Below, in pieces: positions 1-10,590 of a DNA stretch of 59,906 nt. Position 1 is the stretch's first letter; each line of letters begins with the position of its first letter. A program made the position numbers and the translations under genes. Below the pieces are notes generated by a model. It made no database searches. It was not told where the DNA came from and worked only from the letters and a program-made list of their open reading frames with translations. The stretch is taken from assembly GCA_017454465.1 (NCBI GenBank), contig JAFTCY010000127.1, forward strand, positions 1 to 59,906, given 5' to 3'. Origin of the DNA: Clostridia bacterium (GTDB lineage Bacteria; Bacillota; Clostridia; Oscillospirales; CAG-272).

Positions 1-551
1 ACGACGGGCATGCCGTCGGTCTGTGGTGAAAGTCCACAAGGGGCGTAGTTGCCAACGAACCCCAAAGCGACTCCCAAGGTTTACACCGTGAGGTATAGGC
101 GAGAGGAAGGGATAGCGAAATCGTAGCCTTACGAACAGAAAACCCAATATCAAGGCGTATGCGGCGGACGAGTGGGCCAGAAGTCACGAAGTCCAAAAGG
201 CAACCGTAACCCGTATGCGTAGATTGAGAGGGTAGACGAGGAAAGACCGGAGGCTTATCCCGTGAGATCTCACGAGCGGAGAAATCCGTAGTAACAACGA
301 ATCGTGAGAAGTCAGCATAAGCCATAGTACCGAGAAATCGGGAAGGGCTGAACGGTTCAACTTATCGTTAGAAGATGTAATGCGTATGCTCGATATGAGG
401 AATAGCCGAAACGTATATGAGGCAAAACGAAGGAAGTCGTAGAGCAAAAGCGCAAAAGCGTTGAGACAAACGAGGAGAAGAACCGAACCGCCGTATGCCG
501 AACGGCACGTACGGTGGTGTGGGAGGGGGAATTCATTTCCCCCTACCCGAT
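1..551 (+). mobile_element. Group II intron RNA, 3' portion; the 5' end lies outside the window and no intron-encoded protein ORF is present in the 550 nt seen
   Basis: Domain V at 488-517 reads CCGCCGUAU-GCC-GAAC-GGC-AC-GUACGGUGG. It has a 9-bp lower helix, CGC at the catalytic-triad position and a 2-nt AC bulge on the 3' strand. A 3-nt linker (UGU) follows. Domain VI at 521-548 pairs GGGAGGGGGAA with UUCCCCCU(A)CCC, leaving a single bulged A545 6-8 nt from the presumed 3' end. The upstream 480 nt is purine-rich, dense in stop codons in all + frames, and has domain-I-like strings (ACGAACAGAAAAC at 131-143). A small GCGC-AAAA-GCGU hairpin sits where domain IV would be. Confidence 0.6.
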
Positions 552-562
552 CTCACGGCTTG

Positions 563-591
563 TTGAAAACGTCGGAAAACAGGAGTATAAT
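563..591 (+). promoter_or_regulatory. Putative sigma-A promoter for the PHP phosphatase gene
   Basis: TTGAAA (563-568), a 17-nt spacer, then TATAAT (586-591), immediately downstream of the intron 3' end. Confidence 0.45.
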
Positions 592-666
592 CTTGTGAAG
601 ATCTCGAAGGGAGGCCCGGCCGGACAGAATTCGCACCATCTGCGGAAAACAGGCCGAAATCTAATT

Positions 667-1440
667 ATGAAAATGATATGTAACCTTCATACACATACAT
701 TCAGGTGCAACCATGCATCCGGGACAGAAAGAGAATACATCGAAAATTCGATTGCTGGCGGGATTGAAACGATAGGGTTTGCAGACCATGCTCCGTATGT
801 TTTTCCGGAGGGATACTATTCCGGATTCAGGATGAGACCAGACCTGCAGGAAGACTATGTCAGAACACTTCTTGATCTGAGAGAAGAATATAAAGGAAAA
901 ATAGATATAAAAATCGGATATGAAGCTGAATACTACCCGAAGTTCTTTGATAAAACTGTAGAGCTGTTCAGGCGTTATCCGGTCGATTATCTGATCCTGG
1001 GACAGCATTTCATCAGGAATGAATTTGACGGGGTATATTCCGGCCAGCGAACTGATTCGGAGGATCTTCTGAGGGATTACGTCAATCAGGTTTGCGAGGC
1101 AATCGACACAGGACTGTATACTTATGTTGCACATCCGGACCTGGTCGCTTTTTCCGGGGACCAGAAGATATACGAACATCATTACGGCAAGCTCATAGAT
1201 AAAGCCGGAAGTGCAGGGCTGCCTCTTGAGATCAACTGTCTTGGCATCAGGGACAACCGGCATTACCCGAGCGACCGGTTTTTTGAACTATGCGGCAGAA
1301 TGGGAGCCGAAGTATGCGTTGGGAGCGATGCTCATTCGGCAGATGTTGCGTACGACAGCCCTTCGTATGAGAAGGCAGATCAGATCATCAAGAAATACGG
1401 CCTCAAATTCAATCCAAAGCCGGAGCTGAAACCGGTATGA
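667..1440 (+). CDS. PHP-domain histidinol-phosphatase family protein (HisJ/HisK type)
   Basis: N-terminus MKMICNLHTHTFRCNHASGT...GFADHAP, followed by HPD and GSDAH metal-ligand motifs typical of PHP phosphoesterases. The start was moved from 514 to ATG 667 because the upstream part of the ORF overlaps intron domains V/VI. The RBS is weak. Confidence 0.7.
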   Translation: MKMICNLHTHTFRCNHASGTEREYIENSIAGGIETIGFADHAPYVFPEGYYSGFRMRPDLQEDYVRTLLDLREEYKGKIDIKIGYEAEYYPKFFDKTVELFRRYPVDYLILGQHFIRNEFDGVYSGQRTDSEDLLRDYVNQVCEAIDTGLYTYVAHPDLVAFSGDQKIYEHHYGKLIDKAGSAGLPLEINCLGIRDNRHYPSDRFFELCGRMGAEVCVGSDAHSADVAYDSPSYEKADQIIKKYGLKFNPKPELKPV

Positions 1441-2201
1441 AGGAAGCGGACATGGAGAGAAAACCGGTAAAGATAAGGCTGAAGTCACGCCAGACACTGG
1501 GATACCAGGTCTGCAAAGGGCTTGTGCCGACAGACGTATCATCAGTATTGAGAAATCTGTATTCTGATGACGAGGAGGATTTTTACCCGGATCTTTTTGA
1601 AAAAGAGCATTACGCACCTGAATACCACCCGCAGGAAACAGACGAAGCGCTGGACGGTGTGCTCGACCTTGAAGGAATAGACATCGGCCAGTCTCTTGCC
1701 GACGGATGTGAAGATGAGCTCCTGGATGAGGTAGAATATGGACAGGATGCGGTGGAACAGTTCAGGGACGTGCTTGAACAGATAAAAAGACAGCTTGAAA
1801 ACGAAGATGATGACACGGAAGAGTTTTCTTACATTACAACGGGATTTATAGAAAGCGGGAACCTTGACAGCGGAGAGCAGTACACGGAGATATCATTCGC
1901 GGAAAATGAAAGCCTGGGCGGGACATTAACGAACATCAGATTTTTCGCAGGCGAAAAGCCGAGAGTCGAGATCAGTCATTCCGGCGGGGTGGATTCTGTC
2001 CTTGAATGCGTGGAGAAAAGGAGGTACAGGAACTCGTACCGGACGCCTTTCGGTCCGATGGAGTTCGCAATGTATACCCGCAGATGCAGGGGAAAACTTG
2101 AGTATCCTACCGGCGGAAGGCTCGAACTTGACTATTTCGTTGAGATCAAGGGACTTGACGCGCAGAGAACATGTATTGAGATAGATGTTTTGCCGCAATA
2201 A
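1437..2201 (+). CDS. DUF1934 (YwiB-like beta-barrel) domain protein with an acidic N-terminal extension
   Basis: The C-terminal ~130 aa (YTEISFAENE...TNIRFFAG...VEISHSGGV...YRTPFGPMEFAMYTRR...LELDYFVEI) matches the DUF1934 pattern. The N-terminal ~110 aa is D/E-rich. It has an ATGA start/stop overlap with the upstream gene. Confidence 0.55.
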   Translation: MKEADMERKPVKIRLKSRQTLGYQVCKGLVPTDVSSVLRNLYSDDEEDFYPDLFEKEHYAPEYHPQETDEALDGVLDLEGIDIGQSLADGCEDELLDEVEYGQDAVEQFRDVLEQIKRQLENEDDDTEEFSYITTGFIESGNLDSGEQYTEISFAENESLGGTLTNIRFFAGEKPRVEISHSGGVDSVLECVEKRRYRNSYRTPFGPMEFAMYTRRCRGKLEYPTGGRLELDYFVEIKGLDAQRTCIEIDVLPQ

Positions 2202-2212
2202 CCGAAAAAGAG

Positions 2213-2234
2213 AAAAAAGGCGTAAGCCTTTTTT
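2213..2234. terminator. Bidirectional intrinsic terminator between convergent genes
   Basis: AAAAAAGGC-GTAA-GCCTTTTTT: a hairpin flanked by an A-run and a T-run, lying between the DUF1934 stop and the uvrA stop. Confidence 0.7.
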
Positions 2235-2243
2235 CTTTCTGGA

Positions 2244-5075
2244 TCATTTCCTGAGTTTTTCCTTCAGGTATAACCCTGTGTATGAGCCGGGGATCATGGA
2301 AACCTCCTCCGGCGTGCCCTTTGCTATCACAGTGCCGCCCGCATCTCCTCCCTCGGGACCCAGATCAATTATGTAGTCCGCACATTTTATGACATCAAGG
2401 TTGTGTTCGATGACAACGCATGTGTTCCCTGCGTCAACAAGGGATTGAAGTATGCCTATGAGTTTGTCCACATCAGCGGAATGAAGACCGGTCGTCGGTT
2501 CGTCAAGCACATAGATCGTCCGGCCCGTCGCCCGCTTTGAAAGTTCCGTTGCCAGCTTTACTCTTTGAGCTTCGCCTCCGGAAAGAGTAGTTGAAGACTG
2601 ACCTATCTTTATGTACCCCAGACCGACCTGGCAAAGCAGCCTCAGCCTGTTTGCAATCTTTGGCACATCTTTGAAGAAATCAGCTCCTTCGTCCGCGGTC
2701 ATTTCCAGAACGTCAGATATGCTTTTTCCTTTGTACTTGACCTCAAGAGTTTCACGGTTATACCGTTTTCCGTGGCAGACGTCGCAGGTCACATACACAT
2801 CCGGGAGGAAGTGCATCTCGATCTTTTTGACACCGTCACCCTGGCATGATTCGCAGCGTCCCCCTTTTACATTGAAAGAGAAACGCCCGCTGTTATATCC
2901 CCGGATCTTGGCTCCCTGGGTGGAAGCAAACAGATTCCGGATGTCAGTGAACAGTCCCGTATAGGTGGCGGGATTAGAGCGCGGGGTCCTTCCAATAGGG
3001 GACTGGTCAATGGCGATGATCTTGTCGAGGTTCTCGGCTCCTTCGATCCTGTCATGGTCTCCGGCGATCGTAAACGCACGGTTCAGGGAGTGGGCAAGGG
3101 ACTGATAAAGGATCGAATTGACCAGAGAAGACTTGCCGGAACCGGAAACGCCGGTGACACATACAAAGCAGCCAAGTGGGAATTCTACGTCAATATTTTT
3201 CAGATTGTGTTCCCTTGCGCCGACTATTTTCAACATTTCTCCGGTCCCGCTCCTTCTGCGCTCCGGGACTTTTATTGATCTTCTGCCGGAGAGGTAGTCC
3301 CCGGTTATTGAATTTGTATTTGCTGCAACTTCAGCAGGGGAACCGCATGCAACGACTTCTCCGCCGTGTATCCCCGCTCCCGGGCCTATATCGATCACAT
3401 AGTCAGATGACATGATGGTTTCTTCATCGTGTTCGACGACAATTACCGAGTTGCCCAGATCTCTGAGGTTTTTCAGAGTTTTTATCAGCTTACTGTTGTC
3501 TCTCTGGTGGAGGCCTATGGAAGGCTCGTCAAGAATATACAGGACACCCGCGAGGGAAGATCCTATCTGGGTAGCCAGCCGTATTCTCTGAGCCTCTCCT
3601 CCGGAAAGAGTCGCTGATTTCCTTGAAAGCGTCAGGTAGTTCAGGCCTACGGACTCCAGAAATCCCAATCTGCTCTTCAGCTCTTTCACTATTTCCCTGG
3701 CGATCACTTCACCTTCAGCCGAAAAATGCAGGGATTTAGTGAATTCAAGGGCATCAGAAACTGATAAAGAACAGAATTCGTGTATGTTTTTCCCTCCTAT
3801 GGTAACGGAAAGGATCTGTGGGTTTAGGCGGGCGCCGTGGCAACTGGGGCAGTCGCGCTCTGACATGAACTGGGTGTAATATTCGTATTCCCATGCTCCG
3901 GGCTGCGCTCTCTTTTCTATCATTTTAAGCAATCCCTCAAAAACGACGGACTGGGTCTGGGTCCTGTTGCCGAAACTGCGGGTGATGTTGCATGGGTCCG
4001 GGTCTCCGTTCAGCAGGATATCAAAAGCAGCGGGGGGATAATCACAGAGGGGCGTATCGAGGCTGACACCATGTCTTTCCAAAGCGCATCTGAACAGCGG
4101 ACCGTTCCAGCTGTCTTCTGTAAGAGATTTGAATCCGTTTACCGCTATGGCCCCTTCCGCCAGGGACAGTGACAGGTCAGGGATTATTTTTCTCGGGTCT
4201 GAAGTCATAAGCACTCCCAGTCCGAGACATTCAGGACAGGCGCCGAAGGGATTGTTGAAAGAGAACGCTCTTGGTTCCAGATCGCCGAAACTGATTCCGT
4301 GTTCGGGACAGGCGTAATTTGTCGAATACTCGTTTTCGACAGGTTCGGAGCCGTCATTCGGCACGGTGGCGCATATGACGAATCCGTCGGACTCTCTGAG
4401 TGCGACTTCTACCGAATCGGTGATTCTGCCTTCAGCTCCCTGCTTTATGATAAGACGGTCTATGACAAGTTCAACAGTGTGCCGAAGATTTTTGTCAAGA
4501 TCAATATCCTCAGTCAGATCATAAATGATTCCGTCGATACGGGCTCTGACATAGCCGTTTCTTTTTGCGTCGGACAGAACTTTTTCCTGCCGGCCTTTTT
4601 TTGCTCTGACCACGGGTGAGAGGATCATGAATCTTGTTCCCTCAGGCATTGACATAATGCTGTCTACGATTATATCCGTGGAAGACTGCTTGATCTCCCT
4701 GCCGCAAACAGGACAGTGAGGCGTTCCGAGACGGGAATATAAGAGCCTTAGATAATCATATATTTCGGTTACTGTTCCAACTGTCGAACGGGGGTTTTTT
4801 GAAGTTGTTTTCTGGTCGATCGAGATGGCGGGGGAAAGCCCCGTAACCGAGTCAAGATCCGGCTTGTCGAGCTGACCAATGAACATTCTTGCATACGAGG
4901 AAAGTGATTCTACAAATCTTCTGTGACCCTCGGCATACAGTGTATCAAAAGCCAGTGAAGACTTTCCGGAGCCGGAGAGGCCGGTCAGTACCACCAGCCT
5001 GTCACGGGGAATGTCCACGGAGATATTTTTCAGGTTGTGCATGCGCACACCGCGAAGAGAAATCTTGTCCGGCAT
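2244..5075 (-). CDS. uvrA: Excinuclease ABC subunit A
   Basis: [50 protein letters not shown], a second ABC module ([14 protein letters not shown]), LSGGE signatures, CxxC zinc modules, and canonical length (943 aa). The start is set at ATG 5075, with a GGGAG RBS 7 nt upstream. Confidence 0.95.
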   Translation of the reverse strand: MPDKISLRGVRMHNLKNISVDIPRDRLVVLTGLSGSGKSSLAFDTLYAEGHRRFVESLSSYARMFIGQLDKPDLDSVTGLSPAISIDQKTTSKNPRSTVGTVTEIYDYLRLLYSRLGTPHCPVCGREIKQSSTDIIVDSIMSMPEGTRFMILSPVVRAKKGRQEKVLSDAKRNGYVRARIDGIIYDLTEDIDLDKNLRHTVELVIDRLIIKQGAEGRITDSVEVALRESDGFVICATVPNDGSEPVENEYSTNYACPEHGISFGDLEPRAFSFNNPFGACPECLGLGVLMTSDPRKIIPDLSLSLAEGAIAVNGFKSLTEDSWNGPLFRCALERHGVSLDTPLCDYPPAAFDILLNGDPDPCNITRSFGNRTQTQSVVFEGLLKMIEKRAQPGAWEYEYYTQFMSERDCPSCHGARLNPQILSVTIGGKNIHEFCSLSVSDALEFTKSLHFSAEGEVIAREIVKELKSRLGFLESVGLNYLTLSRKSATLSGGEAQRIRLATQIGSSLAGVLYILDEPSIGLHQRDNSKLIKTLKNLRDLGNSVIVVEHDEETIMSSDYVIDIGPGAGIHGGEVVACGSPAEVAANTNSITGDYLSGRRSIKVPERRRSGTGEMLKIVGAREHNLKNIDVEFPLGCFVCVTGVSGSGKSSLVNSILYQSLAHSLNRAFTIAGDHDRIEGAENLDKIIAIDQSPIGRTPRSNPATYTGLFTDIRNLFASTQGAKIRGYNSGRFSFNVKGGRCESCQGDGVKKIEMHFLPDVYVTCDVCHGKRYNRETLEVKYKGKSISDVLEMTADEGADFFKDVPKIANRLRLLCQVGLGYIKIGQSSTTLSGGEAQRVKLATELSKRATGRTIYVLDEPTTGLHSADVDKLIGILQSLVDAGNTCVVIEHNLDVIKCADYIIDLGPEGGDAGGTVIAKGTPEEVSMIPGSYTGLYLKEKLRK

Positions 5076-5076
5076 A

Positions 5077-7296
5077 TTATTCTCCCAATTGAGTAATGAA
5101 GTCATGAACTCTGAGATCAAGCTCGTCTGTTCTTAGTTTGTCTTCCGCATATGCTTTCCTGAGCAGTTCTGAGGGTATGAATTCATCGAACTTTTCAAAA
5201 ACCGGAGACTCGGAAGGGCCGATCAAAGATGAACGGTCTATCCCTTCCCGGATTATGTTGTTCGAAAGATCCCTGAGCATATTCACGCCGCTTCCGCCTT
5301 CAAGCTTGAAAGTCATGTAATAGCATCCTTCGTATTCCATTCCGGTCAGTTTATACTTTCCGGCGTATTTGGAAAGATACCTCCTCAAAGTTCGGAAACT
5401 GCGGGTGCCCAGCCAGGGGAAAAGAGCCCAGGTATAACCGCCTAGATGGAGGATAGGTTTCTGGCATACTCCGGTATTACGGGCTACAGCCCGGGCAGTA
5501 CGCAGTCTCTCCAGAGCCTGCTTGTGGAGATAGGGGTATTCAGTATCCTCACAGAGGACCTGTTTCATTCGTTCAAGGATCCTGGTGTGGACCTCGCCGT
5601 AGTCGCCGGGCCAACTGACTTCCATTTTTCCCTCGACAGGCATGACATATATAAGATGACGGGGTATATCCAGTTCTTCCACCTGCCAGACTCTGCCGGC
5701 AAGGGCAAATCTGTCGCCAACAGGCGGAGGGGTGGTGATGACACCTATCTCCCCGGACTCGCACCTGACAGTGAAGTCCTCAGTATCCTTGAATACAGCA
5801 TAAAACTTGAAGGAGTTTATGAGTTTTTCGCCCCTCAGCCCGATAATAAGCTCTCCGTTCTCTGTCAGTTCCAGCCAGTCATGGTTGATCATTGAGACCA
5901 GCAGCAGCCTGTAATCCTCTCTGTCTACATGGGCAAACGGAGGGAGGCTGAGAATCATCTCTGCCAGGGCAGCGGGAGAAAGAGCCCCGCTGGACGCTAT
6001 TATCGAAAGGGTCTGGTGAAACATGAGCGAGAAGGGACACTTCTTTGTGACCGGAGGTTCTATGAACCGGTCTTCTATGTAAAGCTGCACGATGGCAATG
6101 GCTTTGAGCAGCTCCCACGGTATAAGTTCCGGAAGAGGCGCGTTGGGCAGGGGATTTTCTTCCCGGAAGACCATGAGCATTTCCGGCGGATCTCCTCTTC
6201 TTCCGCTTCTGCCCAGCCTTTGCAGAAAAGAAGACACAGAATTAGGGGAACCCTGCTGTATTATCCGCTCAAGTTTCCCGATGTCTATTCCAAGTTCCAT
6301 GGTCACGGTGGCACAGGTTACGGCGGGGATCGAATCATCCTTCATCTTCATTTCCGCTTCTTCGCGGATACTTGCTGAAAGAAATCCGTGATGAATGAGA
6401 AAGATGTCAGGCTCGCCTCTGTATCTTGCTATTTCCCTTAATGTTGCGCAGACATATTCTGTTTCTTCTCTGGAGTTTGAGAAGACTATTGACTTCTTTC
6501 CAACCGCGGAATCGTAAATGTATTCATATCCCATGTCCATATGCATGGTTTCCGAGGGGGTCAGTTCGGAAGACGGCAGAGATGCCACATCCTTGCTCAT
6601 TATGTAAAAATGCTCCATGCCCAGACGCCATCGGAGTTCGGTTTTCGGAACTTCAGGAACAGTGGTCGATCTTCCGCTTCCGGATTCGAGCCATCCTGCC
6701 GCTTTTCCGACATCGCCCACGGTGGCGGACAGACCTATCCTTCTCGGGTATACCCCGGTCTTCCTCTGCAGTCTGGAGAGCAGGCAGAGGATCTGGTTTC
6801 CGCGGTCTGTTCCGGTGAGAGTATGGATCTCATCGATGACGATGTACCTCAGATCTCCGAACAGCCTTATCAGATCAGATGACCGGTTCATCAGCATTGA
6901 TTCAAGGGACTCCGGCGTTATCTGGAGGATCCCCGCCGGGTGTTCAAGAGCCTTGGCCTTGTGGGACTGGGCTACATCGCCGTGCCAGTGAAAGACCGGG
7001 ATACCTGCATCTTCGCAGATCTGGGTGATCCTCAGGAACTGGTCATTGATCAGTGATTTGAGCGGCGCGATGTACAGGGCTCCGAAAGAAGACGGCATGT
7101 CTTCATAAAACTCGGAAAGGATCGGGAAAAACGCGGCTTCGGTCTTTCCGGAAGCAGTCCTTGAGTGAAGGAGGAGATTGTTGTTTCCGTAAAAGATCTC
7201 ATGAGCCGCTGCGACCTGGACGGGCCCGAGGGCCTCCCATCCGTGGGAATAGATGTATTCTCTGATAAATGGCGAGTAGGATTCAAATACTGACAT
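5077..7296 (-). CDS. sngC: Lhr-like DEAD/DEAH-box SF2 helicase, the SngC-like component of a Shango-type system
   Basis: Helicase motifs TASGKTEAA (I), DEIH (II), SAT (III) and QRLGRSGRR (VI), plus a ~300-aa C-terminal region like the Lhr 'DEAD/H-associated' extension. It is the third gene of the TerB/ATPase/helicase operon. Confidence 0.75.
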   Translation of the reverse strand: MSVFESYSPFIREYIYSHGWEALGPVQVAAAHEIFYGNNNLLLHSRTASGKTEAAFFPILSEFYEDMPSSFGALYIAPLKSLINDQFLRITQICEDAGIPVFHWHGDVAQSHKAKALEHPAGILQITPESLESMLMNRSSDLIRLFGDLRYIVIDEIHTLTGTDRGNQILCLLSRLQRKTGVYPRRIGLSATVGDVGKAAGWLESGSGRSTTVPEVPKTELRWRLGMEHFYIMSKDVASLPSSELTPSETMHMDMGYEYIYDSAVGKKSIVFSNSREETEYVCATLREIARYRGEPDIFLIHHGFLSASIREEAEMKMKDDSIPAVTCATVTMELGIDIGKLERIIQQGSPNSVSSFLQRLGRSGRRGDPPEMLMVFREENPLPNAPLPELIPWELLKAIAIVQLYIEDRFIEPPVTKKCPFSLMFHQTLSIIASSGALSPAALAEMILSLPPFAHVDREDYRLLLVSMINHDWLELTENGELIIGLRGEKLINSFKFYAVFKDTEDFTVRCESGEIGVITTPPPVGDRFALAGRVWQVEELDIPRHLIYVMPVEGKMEVSWPGDYGEVHTRILERMKQVLCEDTEYPYLHKQALERLRTARAVARNTGVCQKPILHLGGYTWALFPWLGTRSFRTLRRYLSKYAGKYKLTGMEYEGCYYMTFKLEGGSGVNMLRDLSNNIIREGIDRSSLIGPSESPVFEKFDEFIPSELLRKAYAEDKLRTDELDLRVHDFITQLGE

Positions 7297-7318
7297 GGCG
7301 TATCCTTTCGAGAAAGAT

Positions 7319-8710
7319 CTAGAACGTTATGTCTTCAAGAGTCACTTTTCCGTTTTGTTGGCTGTTTTGACTGACGGACGCAGGAATGGAACTCTGGGGT
7401 GTCCTGCTGTCATATGCAGCTGTGCTGATCTGCGGGTTGTCGGCTGCTGTTCGTTTGATGTCTGCATAAGACAGATCCCGGTTTGTATAAAGAAGATCCA
7501 ACAGGGTCACATAGTCTCTTATAATCTCTCTTGGGGTGATCATCGTTCCTGCTCCTTCTCGCTTCAGGGAAGTTGCAAGAAAGTCATTCATTTCTTCTTC
7601 CGTGAGCCCGGGCTCCCATGCATGGTATTCGCCGTGAAGAGAAGTAAGTCTTATGATCAATGCCAGCATTTCAGCATCGGAAAGACGCTTCAGTCTCAAA
7701 ACAGGCTGCATCAGGGAGCGGTATTCACCTCCGCCGAATCGTCCGTCTGCCAGTCTGCTCCTCAATGCTTCATAGCTGTACAAGCCACGTCTTGTATCCT
7801 CAAGGAACTGGGGCGTTCCGCCGAACACGATCATTAAGCCCGGCGCCCTCCCCTGCATCGTGTCGTTGAACATAGACAGGATCTTTTCATAGTTGTTTTC
7901 ACGGGAGATTCTGTTCGGTATCTTGTACAGATTGACACATTCGTCGATGTAAAGGCACAGGCCGCTGTAACCGGCCAGCCTGAAGAAAGAAGTGAAAAGC
8001 TTCAGGTAATCATACCAGTTGTCATCGGTTATGATGGTTACCGACCTGATCCCGAGGCCCTGGCGGGCTTCGGTCCTCGTGGAGTACTCTCCCCGGAGCC
8101 ATTTCAGACAGGCGGACTGTCCGGAATCATCGCCGTCGCTCCAGGAAGTGTAATATTTTTTCATGACTGCGGCAAAGTCAAAGCCTCCGATGTCAGACTC
8201 AAGCGATCTGAGGCTGGCTGATATTCTTTTCGTGAATTCGTCTGTATATTCCTGCCCGTTTCTGTCAAGCCCTTCGTCTTCAAGCTCGGATGCTATGCTT
8301 GTGAACCACTTGCCTATGATGACAGGCAGAGCACCGCCGTCGGGAGAGGTCTTGCATGCGAGATTTTTCATCAGCTCACGGAAAGTTGCGAGTCCGTACA
8401 TTCCGCTGCCCGCAAGCTTCCGTTCAGGAGAAAGGTCACAATCCGCAGTAACGAACCCCTTGTCAAGAGCATACCCTCTCGCAAGCTGAATCAGAAAGCT
8501 TTTCCCGGAACCGTAACGACCGATAATGAATTTCGTGCTTCCTTCACCTTCGGCGACTCTGTCCAGTGCATCGGCAAGTGCCTGGATCTCTTCTTTCCTT
8601 CCGATGGCTATATACGGAGCTCCCATTCTGGGAACGACTCCCCCTGAAAGAGACGAAAGCAAAGTGCCAAGGATTCTTTTGGGTATCCTGTTTAATACGT
8701 TTGAAGCCAC
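7319..8710 (-). CDS. sngB: DUF2791-type P-loop ATPase, the SngB-like component of a Shango-type system
   Basis: Walker A GRYGSGKSF and Walker B LCLYIDEC. Size (463 aa) and position match the DUF2791 ATPases paired with TerB-N/TerB-C proteins. GTG start with a GAAAGGAA RBS, overlapping the upstream gene by 19 nt. Confidence 0.7.
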   Translation of the reverse strand: MASNVLNRIPKRILGTLLSSLSGGVVPRMGAPYIAIGRKEEIQALADALDRVAEGEGSTKFIIGRYGSGKSFLIQLARGYALDKGFVTADCDLSPERKLAGSGMYGLATFRELMKNLACKTSPDGGALPVIIGKWFTSIASELEDEGLDRNGQEYTDEFTKRISASLRSLESDIGGFDFAAVMKKYYTSWSDGDDSGQSACLKWLRGEYSTRTEARQGLGIRSVTIITDDNWYDYLKLFTSFFRLAGYSGLCLYIDECVNLYKIPNRISRENNYEKILSMFNDTMQGRAPGLMIVFGGTPQFLEDTRRGLYSYEALRSRLADGRFGGGEYRSLMQPVLRLKRLSDAEMLALIIRLTSLHGEYHAWEPGLTEEEMNDFLATSLKREGAGTMITPREIIRDYVTLLDLLYTNRDLSYADIKRTAADNPQISTAAYDSRTPQSSIPASVSQNSQQNGKVTLEDITF

Positions 8711-10548
8711 TCTTCGATTTCCTTTCTGTAATCTTCAACGAGATTGTAGGAGATTCCGGCCGGATCCGGCTCTATGATTACATCTCCGAGAATGTCAAGG
8801 AAAAGGCTGTTCACGGTGTCAGCCATGTTTCCCTCATTAAGTCCGTTTTCGCGGCAGTACAGAGAAAACTCGCTGTCGAGAGCCGCGCGTATCGCGCCTT
8901 TTGTGGTTATATCTGCGTCACTGTTTTCCGTGCATACGGCTTTCCCGGTTTCGAAAATGAAGTCTCCGGAAGAAACGGCGCCCTCGGGATTCTCGTCAGC
9001 CGCGCCGCATTCCGGGTCATTGGACGTGAGATCCTCGCCGGTCAGCCGCTCGGTATTCGTCCATGATGACTGTTCAAGTTCTGCCGCAAGTTCATAATCG
9101 TAACCGCTGGACTCGGGCTCATAATACTCCATGTATTCAGGCTCCTTCTGCTTCGGATCTCCTGTAAGCGGGTAGATTGTGTTCAGGGTTTCATACAGAC
9201 AGGCTTGTATCCCGGCCTGCAACGGCTCTGTCTTGAGTTTTGACTTTATCCCGAGCACAGATCTGAGGCGGTTTTCGCATTCTTTTACAGCAGACGTTAT
9301 TACCTGGCGTGATTCAGCTCTTCTTGTGAAGGAGAGAAAACTCAGGTCGATCCGCATCCTGATACCGGGAGCGACCATGGCTCCGCTGTAGCTCTCTCTT
9401 GTTATGGAGTAGAACCGGTCCAGGCTGAGCGGAGCCGCGGAATCCGCGATGGCTTTGACTATGAATGCACCGACAAGATACGGCAGTTCCGAGTCATAGA
9501 AGGCTTTGTTGGGCATATAACATTTTGACTGTGTATAGTCATAATCAGACAGGGTTTCCGCAATGGCCCTGCCGAGAAGTGAAATGTTCTCTTTTTCTCC
9601 GTTCTTGGCCAGAAGGAGCAGTGGATGAATATAAAACTCTTTGAACTGTGACTTGGGGACTATACTGGGGATAAAAGGCAGAAGGGATTTCGGCAGGGGG
9701 AGCTCATGGATAAGGCAGTAATCAGCCATCCATTCACCCAGAAATCCGTCAAGTCTCGGGTAAGTGCCCCGGTAAGCAAGCCACAGCGAGGAGAGTATGC
9801 GGACACCCTGCTGTGGAGGGATCAGATCGGGAAGGTTGATCACTTCGTATATGTAGAGTATGATATACGGAAGGTCTGCCGCAGGGAAAAGCCCTTTTCT
9901 GACTTCCTCGCGCCATGCTCTGTAAAACTCTATCTGCTGGCTGTTCATATGTGAGAACTGGGGGATATATGACTGGAAAGGAACAGGGGACAGAGAAGCG
10001 AACTGTTTTACCGGGGAAGAACGGTGGCTCTGGGCTACATCCCGTGAAAAATGACTGTAAGCACTGTCCACGGGCCTGGACCTGATCGTGGCTGAGGAAA
10101 GAAGGCCCTCGTGATAGAAGCTGTATTTTCTGACTACCGAATCTTCCTTTTCAGGAATAGCATCATGATCAACCGAAACAAGCCTTCTCGGTGCCTCTGG
10201 TATTTTCAGAGAGCCCTTTTCCGGGATAGGTTCCGGCCGGGCATTATCGGTTTTTGATTCGGCTATACTTATGTCATAGGTGCCGGGGGGTGTTTCAAAA
10301 TCCGGCTTTCGGTATTTTTTCTCCTTTGGAGGGCCGAGATACCAGAAACCGTCCTCGTTCGCGTTTCCGCGGTCAGCGCCCGCTTCTTCGTCGGCAGATC
10401 CCGCCGGAACAGTGGCTGAGGTCGGAAAAAGGCCTTTGATCTCGGCAACAGTTTTCCGAGCTTCTTCAATGTTGCCCTCGTCGAGTTTTGCCTGCAGTTC
10501 CGATAATAGATCAGATAAAGCACGCATTACGTCACTGCTGTCTGGCAT
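8692..10548 (-). CDS. sngA: TerB-N / TerB-C domain protein, the SngA-like component of a Shango-type system
   Basis: The central block SYIPQFSHMNSQQIEFYRAWREEVRKG...LPYIILYIYEVINL is a TerB-N-like signature. The C-terminal NSLFLDILGDVIIEPD...YNLVEDY is TerB-C-like. GGGAGG RBS 9 nt before ATG 10548. Confidence 0.7.
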   Translation of the reverse strand: MPDSSDVMRALSDLLSELQAKLDEGNIEEARKTVAEIKGLFPTSATVPAGSADEEAGADRGNANEDGFWYLGPPKEKKYRKPDFETPPGTYDISIAESKTDNARPEPIPEKGSLKIPEAPRRLVSVDHDAIPEKEDSVVRKYSFYHEGLLSSATIRSRPVDSAYSHFSRDVAQSHRSSPVKQFASLSPVPFQSYIPQFSHMNSQQIEFYRAWREEVRKGLFPAADLPYIILYIYEVINLPDLIPPQQGVRILSSLWLAYRGTYPRLDGFLGEWMADYCLIHELPLPKSLLPFIPSIVPKSQFKEFYIHPLLLLAKNGEKENISLLGRAIAETLSDYDYTQSKCYMPNKAFYDSELPYLVGAFIVKAIADSAAPLSLDRFYSITRESYSGAMVAPGIRMRIDLSFLSFTRRAESRQVITSAVKECENRLRSVLGIKSKLKTEPLQAGIQACLYETLNTIYPLTGDPKQKEPEYMEYYEPESSGYDYELAAELEQSSWTNTERLTGEDLTSNDPECGAADENPEGAVSSGDFIFETGKAVCTENSDADITTKGAIRAALDSEFSLYCRENGLNEGNMADTVNSLFLDILGDVIIEPDPAGISYNLVEDYRKEIEEWLQTY

Positions 10549-10590
10549 TGACCGTTACCTCCCATTTGTCGAAAAATACCTTGAAAGATT

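Noticed and set aside
184-447. An 87-aa minus-strand ORF, and the N-terminal 51 codons of the 514..1440 ORF
   Set aside because: Both lie inside or overlap the structured intron RNA (domains V/VI at 488-548). They have no RBS or recognisable motif. The PHP protein's conserved N-terminus begins at ATG 667.
5077-10548. A mobile-element or prophage origin for the TerB/ATPase/helicase operon
   Set aside because: I saw no integrase, transposase, tRNA target or flanking direct repeats in the window, and no obvious GC shift by eye. Horizontal acquisition is still possible but is not supported by anything visible here.
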